Shown one piece after another: positions 48,783-55,805 of a stretch of DNA of 59,041 nt (the stretch's first letter is position 1; every line of letters begins with the position of its first letter). The position numbers were made by a program, and so were the translations under genes. Origin of the DNA: Candidatus Paceibacter sp. (GTDB taxonomy: Bacteria; Patescibacteriota; Minisyncoccia; Phycocordibacterales; BOKC01); NCBI GenBank assembly GCA_020724885.1, contig DYGD01000004.1, positions 2,239-61,279 on the forward strand. The letters run 5' to 3'. The notes under the pieces were generated by a model. The model did no database searches, was not told where the DNA came from, and was given only the letters and a program-made list of their open reading frames with translations.

Positions 48783-49391
48783 TTATAATTCTTTAAGAAT
48801 TTTGAAGTCGGTTTTGAGAAGGTCTTTTTGGTTGGGGTTGTAGACGGCGACCGCCGGATGGTAGAGCGGAATTATTTTGACGGAACCATGAGGCGCTTTG
48901 GCGTCAAAGACCTTGCCGCGGATTTTGGAGATTTGATCAAGTTCAAAGTCCAAGTCAAATTTTGAAAAAAGATAAGCCATTGAGTGCCGGCCGAGAGCCG
49001 AAATTATTTTTGGCTGAATGATTTCAATTTGGCGGTCTAAAAATGGCGCGTAGAGTTCAACTTCTTCGGGCAATGGGTCACGATTGCCCGGCGGGCGGTC
49101 TTTGAGGATGTTGGTGATGTAGACATCTTCTCGCGGGATGTTAATTGAAGCGAGGAGTTCATCTAAAATACGTCCGGCCGCCCCGCAAAAGGGACGGCCG
49201 GACGCCGCTTCATTTTTCCCCGGCGCCTCGCCGACAAACATAATTTCCGCAAAATGACTTCCCTCGCCGATGACTGGTTTGTTTCCTTCCGCAACTCTAA
49301 ATTCATACAAAGGCGAATTTTTAAGCGCCACCACCTCGTCCCGAATTTGCTTCATTTTTTCATACCGCTCTTGTTTAGAGAGTTCATTCAT
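48783..49391 (-). CDS. udg: uracil-DNA glycosylase, family 4
   Basis: GEGSHFAEIMFVGEAPGKNEAASGRPFCGAAGRILD and the C-terminal HP motif (PLYHPA). Confidence 0.9.
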   Translation of the reverse strand: MNELSKQERYEKMKQIRDEVVALKNSPLYEFRVAEGNKPVIGEGSHFAEIMFVGEAPGKNEAASGRPFCGAAGRILDELLASINIPREDVYITNILKDRPPGNRDPLPEEVELYAPFLDRQIEIIQPKIISALGRHSMAYLFSKFDLDFELDQISKIRGKVFDAKAPHGSVKIIPLYHPAVAVYNPNQKDLLKTDFKILKEL

Positions 49392-49840
49392 AAAAAATCT
49401 TTATTTTTCTCCCTGAAGTAAGGCCATTGAGAATGCATAGGATCAGGGAATTCTTCCAGTGGAAACCATCCTATCTCGTCAAATTTGTGCGGCTCGTTAT
49501 TTTTTGCATCGTTTTTGTTTATGTGGACTTTGAAATCAAGACCAATCCAGTGCGTGGGACCTTCTTCGGTTTTTCTGTGGATGTCTCGAAATCCCATGAA
49601 TTTTATATCCAAAACATCAGTGCCAAATTCTTCTCGCACCTCTTTTTTTACTGTTTCTTCAACTGTGTAGCCCATCTCTACCGCACCTCCGCACAAATCC
49701 CACTTCTCATGTTCATCACGGCATTTTTTTCCTCTTCTATTTAGCAGATAATTTCCCTCTCCGTCATGTAAAAGACAAAAAACAGTTATGGCCGGATAGT
49801 CAACACCTTTTTTAAGAATGTGATTTTGTTCAGAATTCAT
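49388..49840 (-). CDS. Nudix hydrolase
   Basis: Canonical Nudix box GGAVEMGYTVEETVKKEVREEFG. Confidence 0.9.
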   Translation of the reverse strand: MNSEQNHILKKGVDYPAITVFCLLHDGEGNYLLNRRGKKCRDEHEKWDLCGGAVEMGYTVEETVKKEVREEFGTDVLDIKFMGFRDIHRKTEEGPTHWIGLDFKVHINKNDAKNNEPHKFDEIGWFPLEEFPDPMHSQWPYFREKNKDFL

Positions 49841-50157
49841 AAAGCTCCTTCCACTTTCAACTTTTTAACTTTTAATTTCTCCCCTCTATTATATCCTCCA
49901 ACTTCCCCGCTTGATTTTATCACTCGGTGGCATGGAATTTTAGGATTATAGTTTTTATTGAGAACGTTGCCGACAGCCCTAAAAGCCCGAGGGCTCCCGG
50001 CTTTTCGGGCCACTTCTTTATAAGTCAGAGTTTCCCCTTTCGGAATCTTTGAAACGATTTTCAGGACTTTTTGCCTAAAAAAGGGTGTTTTCTTTGGCTT
50101 CTTCTTCCACCTCTTTTTTTGATTCATTTTTATTTTTGGTGGTGTTATTTTCACCAT
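49837..50157 (-). CDS. ogt: methylated-DNA--protein-cysteine methyltransferase, single (C-terminal type) domain
   Basis: Active-site IPCHRVI, HTH region YKEVARKAGSPRAFRAVG. The Lys-rich N-terminus makes the start uncertain (alternative MNQKK at 50127). Confidence 0.8.
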   Translation of the reverse strand: MVKITPPKIKMNQKKRWKKKPKKTPFFRQKVLKIVSKIPKGETLTYKEVARKAGSPRAFRAVGNVLNKNYNPKIPCHRVIKSSGEVGGYNRGEKLKVKKLKVEGAL

Positions 50158-50869
50158 ATAAAGTTTTTATGGCCAAAGCGGAATTCTGGCGGTAAGCGCA
50201 ATGCTCGCAATTTTCAGACGCTTCCGGCAGTTTTTTTTGTTTTAAAAGCTCGGCAATCTCCAAAATGGTTTTTTCCACCCATTTATCATCGCCCTTGTAA
50301 GAAATGATATCCACATCAAATTCTAGCCGGCCATCAAACGCTTTTTCGTCCTTCCGTCCATTGACATAAACAAAATAGCCGACTTCTGAAACCTTGAAAC
50401 CATTTTTTATAAAAAGCCACTGATAAATTTCCATCTGCCGTTTGTAGGCCTGTTGCCATCTTCCTTCCAAATTTGGCTTTTCATTTTTACTTGTAGCTTT
50501 ATAGTCAACAATGTGCAATTCCCCACTTTTATTTATCCAGATATCGTCAATTGCGCCAAAAATAAGAAAACCGGTTTCCGGATGCAAGTATTGGATGCCG
50601 GTGAAGTTATGGCGCCACTTTTCCATCTCGGGATGTTCAAACGGAATGGCCTCAATCCCGTATTGCGTCATCAGGGGATGCGCCTTTCTTTCCGCGCGAT
50701 GGATGTCAAATTCCTTTTTCAAAAGATGATCAACGGCGCTGTTTAAGGTAAAGGCCGGCATTGAAGGTCTTTTGACCCCGAGTTTTTGGTCAAGATAAAA
50801 ACATCGCTGGCACTCAATAAAAAGGTCTATTTTTGAGCGACTTAGTTTTTGTTGGCTTTTTCTACTCAC
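50075..50869 (-). CDS. PD-(D/E)XK nuclease, Cas4/RecB-like with 4-Cys cluster
   Basis: CQRC near the N-terminus and CEHC near the C-terminus; core GAIDD..IVDYK and QMEIYQWL (QxxxY). The 3' tail overlaps ogt by 83 nt. Confidence 0.8.
   Translation of the reverse strand: MSRKSQQKLSRSKIDLFIECQRCFYLDQKLGVKRPSMPAFTLNSAVDHLLKKEFDIHRAERKAHPLMTQYGIEAIPFEHPEMEKWRHNFTGIQYLHPETGFLIFGAIDDIWINKSGELHIVDYKATSKNEKPNLEGRWQQAYKRQMEIYQWLFIKNGFKVSEVGYFVYVNGRKDEKAFDGRLEFDVDIISYKGDDKWVEKTILEIAELLKQKKLPEASENCEHCAYRQNSALAIKTLYGENNTTKNKNESKKEVEEEAKENTLF
50195..50225 (-). repeat. right copy of 31-bp perfect inverted repeat (inside the nuclease gene)
   Basis: Reverse complement identical to 48742-48772. Looser similarity extends into the A-run on one side. 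Confidence 0.9.
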
Positions 50870-50872
50870 CTT

Positions 50873-51364
50873 TTATAATTTTAAATCAGCCACTGCTTGT
50901 TCGTCGGATTTTGCGTCGGGCCGACGCAATGTCTTTCTGAATTTTTCTTCGGCAAACCAGATTACGGTGAAGGTCAAAAGGGCCAAAAAGCTGGCGAATA
51001 TTGCGAGTCCGAATAGTTGGAAACCGACGGCAATACCGATTCCACAAGCAACCCATAATCCGGCGGCGGTAGTTAATCCCTCTAATTTGTTTTCTTTCAG
51101 GATAATCAATCCGGCGCCGATAAAGCCGATGCCTGTGATGATTCCGGCCGCTAATCGCATCGGGTCAAAATTGGTAATGCCAATATAGTTTTGATTGACT
51201 AAGACAGACGAAATAATCAGAAGGCAGGCGCCCATTGAAACAAGTCCGAAAGTTCTTGCGCCGGCGACTTTTCCAGCAAAAGTCCGTTCAAGGCCGAGTA
51301 AAATTCCCAATACCAAAGCCAGGATTAATTGCCAAAATGGCATGTATGTTTCAAAAAATTCCAT
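50873..51364 (-). CDS. mgtC: MgtC/SapB family membrane protein
   Basis: Four to five TM helices with the GLERTFAGKVAGARTF motif typical of the MgtC family. Confidence 0.85.
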   Translation of the reverse strand: MEFFETYMPFWQLILALVLGILLGLERTFAGKVAGARTFGLVSMGACLLIISSVLVNQNYIGITNFDPMRLAAGIITGIGFIGAGLIILKENKLEGLTTAAGLWVACGIGIAVGFQLFGLAIFASFLALLTFTVIWFAEEKFRKTLRRPDAKSDEQAVADLKL

Positions 51365-51388
51365 TTTTTATTTCTGCGGCTGTTAATG

Positions 51389-52213
51389 TTAAATTTCACA
51401 AACAAGATTAATTTCTTGTCTCACTTCCCCGATCTTCTCTTTGCTTAATCCTACAGATTTTAGCAATTCTTCATTATTATGCAATTTTTTGCAGAGGACT
51501 TCCCCACTTTTGAGAATTTCTATTTTTTGTCTTTGACTCAAGGTTTCAAGACAAGTTAAGGGATGTAACCCGGAATCCTCTATCATATCTTGCAGGTTGC
51601 CCTTTTTGGGATAATTCCAGCCAATCATATTTATACCGACACAGCGTCCATATTCCAGCGCGCTCTTGGTAAATTTTGTGTTTGTGATCAGCCAATTTTC
51701 GTCAAATTTTCTCAAATGGCCGTAATTAAATTCTTTGAAAGATAAATCTTCAAATCGGGCCTGCACATAAAGAGCGACCTTGAGATCGCTTTTCACCCCG
51801 TGTTCGTTGTGGAATTTGGCTTCTACGGCGACTAGCTTGTTTTCGTTGAATGCTATGACGTCCAGCTCGTGTTCCACACACCTTCCCCTGATTATTTCTC
51901 CAACTAAAGTTTGGTATCCTTTTTCTTTTAAGAGTTCCGCAATAAATCTTTCAAATGGAAACCCGGAAGGCCCAAGTGCCAAAACTGCATCTTTTAAGGA
52001 GTAGCTGGTGGCGACTTTTTCTGATTTTTTTCTCAACAAAAAAGCCGAGTGTTTGGCTATTTGGCTGGTGCTCATACCCTCCCTTAGCTCTTGTCTGATA
52101 TGTTCGGCAATCTCTGAAGCCAATTCTCTCGTGGCCCCAGATCTTGCCAAAGAATTTACGAACTTTTCTTCGTTGAATTCTTCTAGCTGTTTGTCGGCTT
52201 TTAAAATTTTCAT
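51389..52213 (-). CDS. ATP-cone domain fused to Mrr-like (PD-(D/E)XK) restriction-endonuclease-fold domain
   Basis: N-terminal ATP-cone pattern (KILKADKQLEEFNEEKFVNSL..IAEHIRQEL..MSTSQI). Nuclease core FERFIAELLKEKGY..HELDVIAF..VAVEAKF. Confidence 0.75.
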   Translation of the reverse strand: MKILKADKQLEEFNEEKFVNSLARSGATRELASEIAEHIRQELREGMSTSQIAKHSAFLLRKKSEKVATSYSLKDAVLALGPSGFPFERFIAELLKEKGYQTLVGEIIRGRCVEHELDVIAFNENKLVAVEAKFHNEHGVKSDLKVALYVQARFEDLSFKEFNYGHLRKFDENWLITNTKFTKSALEYGRCVGINMIGWNYPKKGNLQDMIEDSGLHPLTCLETLSQRQKIEILKSGEVLCKKLHNNEELLKSVGLSKEKIGEVRQEINLVCEI

Positions 52214-52224
52214 ATAATTTTTGG

Positions 52225-53238
52225 CTATTGCAGGTTTAAATATTTTCTTTTATTTTCCACATGGGCGCTATGCGACACGGCGTAATACATATTTCCCGCT
52301 TTGTCTGATAAAAAATACAAATACCCAGTTTCAGCCGGCTCTATCGCGGCTAGAATTGCGTCCAATCCAGGGTTGGCGATCGGGCCGGGCGGTAGGCCGG
52401 CGTAAACATAGGTGTTATAGGGCGAATCTATCTTTAAATCCTCGCTTGTTAATTGATAGGTGTTTTTACCGTTGATGTATTTGAAAGTTACATCAACCTG
52501 AAGTGGCATACCTATTTCAATTCTGCGCCACAATATGCCTGAAATAATCCTTCTCGCCTCTTTATCTCTTGCTTCGGTTTCTATAATTGAAGCCATATTT
52601 ATTACCTCTTCAAGGGGTTTATTGAAATTATCCAGTCGGTCTTGAATTGAAGATGTTTTTTGGTAAAAATTTTCTCGCATAATTTCAACTAATTTTTCCG
52701 GTTTGATATTAGGCGTTAAAAAATAAGTGTCGGGGAAAAGATAACCCTCTTCAGATTCAGCAATTCTGACGAACTTATATTTGTCAAAATTTGGTATCTG
52801 GCCTTCTAAGGTTTCGGCAATTTCAAAAATATTCAATCCCTCGGGTATAGTGATTCTAATCGGCGAAAGCCCAAACTTGCCCCCTATAAGAATATTGGCG
52901 ATTTTAAAGGCGCTGTGCGACTTTTCAAAAAAGTATTCTCCCGACTTCAATTCCCTCTCCCCCTTTAAGACAATAATGATATTTCTGAACCAGAAAGCCG
53001 ACTTAACAAACCCGCCACTGTGTAATTCTTCGGCCACCTCGTTTAGGGTTTGTCCCTCCCTAATTGAAAAAATGGTTTTTTCCGGAAAATTGCCTGGCGC
53101 TCTGACAAATAAATTAAAGAATATAAGGAAAATAGTGATGGCAAAAACAAAAAGATTAGTAAAAATAAAAAGAGCCCGGTTCTTGCTCCAACAGGCAATA
53201 TATATTTTTGCGATATGTTTCAATTTAGACATTTGCAC
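52225..53238 (-). CDS. mltG: endolytic murein transglycosylase MltG (YceG-like)
   Basis: N-terminal TM helix, YceG core (ASIIETEA, SPYNTYVYAGLPPGPIANPG). Confidence 0.9.
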   Translation of the reverse strand: MQMSKLKHIAKIYIACWSKNRALFIFTNLFVFAITIFLIFFNLFVRAPGNFPEKTIFSIREGQTLNEVAEELHSGGFVKSAFWFRNIIIVLKGERELKSGEYFFEKSHSAFKIANILIGGKFGLSPIRITIPEGLNIFEIAETLEGQIPNFDKYKFVRIAESEEGYLFPDTYFLTPNIKPEKLVEIMRENFYQKTSSIQDRLDNFNKPLEEVINMASIIETEARDKEARRIISGILWRRIEIGMPLQVDVTFKYINGKNTYQLTSEDLKIDSPYNTYVYAGLPPGPIANPGLDAILAAIEPAETGYLYFLSDKAGNMYYAVSHSAHVENKRKYLNLQ

Positions 53239-53240
53239 CT

Positions 53241-54500
53241 TTATACCGGTAAATTTGGGGGTGGCTTGGCTTTACGCGACCCGATTCTCGGTAGGGTCGG
53301 TGTTGTCGCGACTTTGCCCGGGAAGTGATAGATGGTGGCGAGTTCTTCTGTGGTTAAGATAAAAGGTTTCGCTCGGTAATTTTTATAAGGTGGTTGGAAA
53401 AAGGATCTCATTTTATAGGCCTCGAGCATTAAGTATTCCATCTTTGCTCTTCTTTTACTCATTATCTTCTTTAGGGGTGGAAATAAAACTTGGCCGATAC
53501 CTATCCAATCCTTTTCGTTGTCGGTGTGATCGGTATAGAGCCCAAGCTTGAAGCCGTTTAAATTATTGGAATTATATTGACGGACACTGCCGATCAGTCC
53601 CGGGATGGCAATCTCGCTGAAAGATTCTTTTTTAGCAATGTAGAAAGCTCGAATCATGCAATCAAAAGCAAATTTACTCAAACTTCTTTCTATGGCGATG
53701 ATTTTTTCTTCCTCGCTCTTAGTCATCATTCTCATATGGGCGGAATCAAGCATTAGGGACTCTTGTATCTTTTTGACCTCTCTTTTGGCCTCGTTTTTCC
53801 AGTCCGGTTTTTTAAAAAGCCGACCCTCTCTCAAACCTTCTTTCTTATGAGCTTGAATCAAAATTTGGATCCACACCTGTTCTCCCTCCTTCATTGAACC
53901 GAGATATTCTATTACTGCCGCGAATGGGTCAACTTTGAACTCCTCTTCTTTTGTCTCTTTTTCCAATCCGTAATCAACATAGGTCTTAATCGGAAAAACA
54001 TCTTTACTGACGAGTTTGTAATATGTCCCCCACATGTCCAAGTTTTCCTGGCCATTTTTGATGGCAGTAGTGTAATCATCGGCCTCATAGATTTCAACAT
54101 CAGTGTATTGAGCATAAATCTGTGATTCAATCATATTTTTGTATTTTGCGGGCGACCAAATAAAAAACCTAACCTCTCCGCCTTGAGAAACTATTTCCAG
54201 AGAAAACCAAGGTTTTATCTTTCCGCCGATGTAGGTGTCGGTATAGGTCACCGCGCCGGTCTGGTAGAGAGACATCAAAAAAACCTCCATACCCAGGGGA
54301 GATTTATTTATTTCTCTCGGCATCTTGATTTCCAGCAAAATATAATCCTGATTAAAGATGTATCTGGTTCTTATGTATTTTAACCAGCTACTGAAAAAGA
54401 GATAACCGAGTAAAAACGGTGACGATATAACAAGAAAAACCAGAGTAATTTTAAAAGATTGGGAAAAAACTATCGGTAGTTGGTTTAGCAACTCAGTCAT
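53241..54500 (-). CDS. hypothetical membrane protein (419 aa)
   Basis: Two N-terminal TM helices, large soluble part, C-terminal LTTEELATIYHFP. No catalytic motif recognised. Confidence 0.7.
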   Translation of the reverse strand: MTELLNQLPIVFSQSFKITLVFLVISSPFLLGYLFFSSWLKYIRTRYIFNQDYILLEIKMPREINKSPLGMEVFLMSLYQTGAVTYTDTYIGGKIKPWFSLEIVSQGGEVRFFIWSPAKYKNMIESQIYAQYTDVEIYEADDYTTAIKNGQENLDMWGTYYKLVSKDVFPIKTYVDYGLEKETKEEEFKVDPFAAVIEYLGSMKEGEQVWIQILIQAHKKEGLREGRLFKKPDWKNEAKREVKKIQESLMLDSAHMRMMTKSEEEKIIAIERSLSKFAFDCMIRAFYIAKKESFSEIAIPGLIGSVRQYNSNNLNGFKLGLYTDHTDNEKDWIGIGQVLFPPLKKIMSKRRAKMEYLMLEAYKMRSFFQPPYKNYRAKPFILTTEELATIYHFPGKVATTPTLPRIGSRKAKPPPNLPV

Positions 54501-54554
54501 GAGTCATATTTTAGCCCAATATGTTTTTTTTCGCCAACAAGTCAGCGCTGATTT

Positions 54555-55613
54555 TTAGGCGGTTTGATAACGACCGTCTTTGTCTCTTTTGAAGTATCTT
54601 GAGTTTTGAAGATTTACTAAAACAGTGTTTGGTTGGACAAAGCGGGATTCTAGGACTCTTTCTATAATTTTTTGTTTTGGCAAGGGCCCCTCTTTTTCCA
54701 AAATATCTCTTATCACATCCCTGACAATGCCTCTGGAATATCCCCATTCTGATAACGCGTAAAGACCTCTGCCAACCAGCACAAACCTTGAGTCCTTTAT
54801 GAGTTCGTTGTGGGTGGTGGCGGCGTGAGCTTTTTTCTTGAAAGTTTCCTCAATGAGACGAGCGACCTCTCTAAAATGCAAAGGCGACCCATGTTTTCTG
54901 ATTATCAAATAGGCGTAATCTTTGACACCCTTAGTTTTGATGCTTGGCGAGTGCGACCTGCCCCAATCCCCAAGCATATTTCTGCCGATTTGTTTTGAGA
55001 TTGACAGCCACCTTTTGAGAATTTCTTCATTTTTGTATTCCTCGGAGATGTCCTCAAGGTGTGTAAGGAACATTTTTACGATTTCTGATTCAGGAATGAT
55101 TTCTTTGTCATCAAGATTTTCATAAAGTTTTTTTAAGGCGATATGGATTTTCTCGGCCAATTCCGGCTCTATGTGCCAACGATGATGAAATTCGTCGTCT
55201 TCTTTTATCTTTTTAAAATGGTTGCAGACCACTAGCATAAAATGCGTATGGTTTTGGAGATTTTTGTCGCTTGAGACATGGTTTAAAAATTCCGTCTCCT
55301 TGGCGATTCCGCCAAAGGATTTCAGGAGAGCTCTGAGTTTTTCGTATGCCGGCAATTCGTTTTCATATTCTTTTGAGTTTCTTATTGTTTTTAGAGAGTA
55401 TTCTTCAACCTGCCTGACTCTTTCTCTGGTGATGCCATATTTCTGTCCTATGGCTTCCAAGGTCATCTTTTTGGGATTCTTGCCCAAACCGAATCTCATA
55501 GTCAATATACTGGCCGCTCTTTTGGGCAGAATAGCCAAAAGCTTTTGATTTAGATTGACAGGGTCAAAATCCAGACGCGTTTCTTTCTTTTGATTATTTT
55601 TTTGTATTGGCAT
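54555..55613 (-). CDS. sigma-70 region 4-like HTH protein with C-terminal HARE-HTH-like domain
   Basis: LPKRAASILTMRFGL..MTLEAIGQKYGITRERVRQVE (region 4). C-terminus YLIIRKHGSPLHFREVARLI..LVGRGLYALSEWGY (HARE-HTH / RNAP delta-like). Confidence 0.75.
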   Translation of the reverse strand: MPIQKNNQKKETRLDFDPVNLNQKLLAILPKRAASILTMRFGLGKNPKKMTLEAIGQKYGITRERVRQVEEYSLKTIRNSKEYENELPAYEKLRALLKSFGGIAKETEFLNHVSSDKNLQNHTHFMLVVCNHFKKIKEDDEFHHRWHIEPELAEKIHIALKKLYENLDDKEIIPESEIVKMFLTHLEDISEEYKNEEILKRWLSISKQIGRNMLGDWGRSHSPSIKTKGVKDYAYLIIRKHGSPLHFREVARLIEETFKKKAHAATTHNELIKDSRFVLVGRGLYALSEWGYSRGIVRDVIRDILEKEGPLPKQKIIERVLESRFVQPNTVLVNLQNSRYFKRDKDGRYQTA

Positions 55614-55645
55614 AATCTTTTTTATATTATCAAATTATGATCACC

Positions 55646-55674
55646 ATTCTAGCACCTTTGCTTTTTTAGGTCAA
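55646..55674 (-). promoter_or_regulatory. sigma70-type promoter TTGACC-N17-(TGC)TAGAAT
   Basis: The minus strand reads TTGACCTAAAAAAGCAAAGGTGCTAGAAT, 33 nt upstream of the 55613 start. Confidence 0.5.
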
Positions 55675-55680
55675 CCTCCA

Positions 55681-55805
55681 CACCTACTTTTGCATCGTTG
55701 CCTTACATTTCCATCTGCTATCTTCATAAACTCACATCAGTAGCTAATTCCTAGGTATTTATAGAAATTTGAAATTAGCAACGAAATGTTATGCAAAAGT
55801 AGGTG
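55681..55805 (-). other. long-range 14+7 bp hairpin joining the last codons of leuS to sequence about 100 nt downstream
   Basis: CACCTACTTTTGCA (55681-55694) pairs with TGCAAAAGTAGGTG (55792-55805), and TCGTTGC (55695-55701) pairs with GCAACGA (55778-55784). There is an inner GCTAATT/AATTAGC hairpin. Confidence 0.5.
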
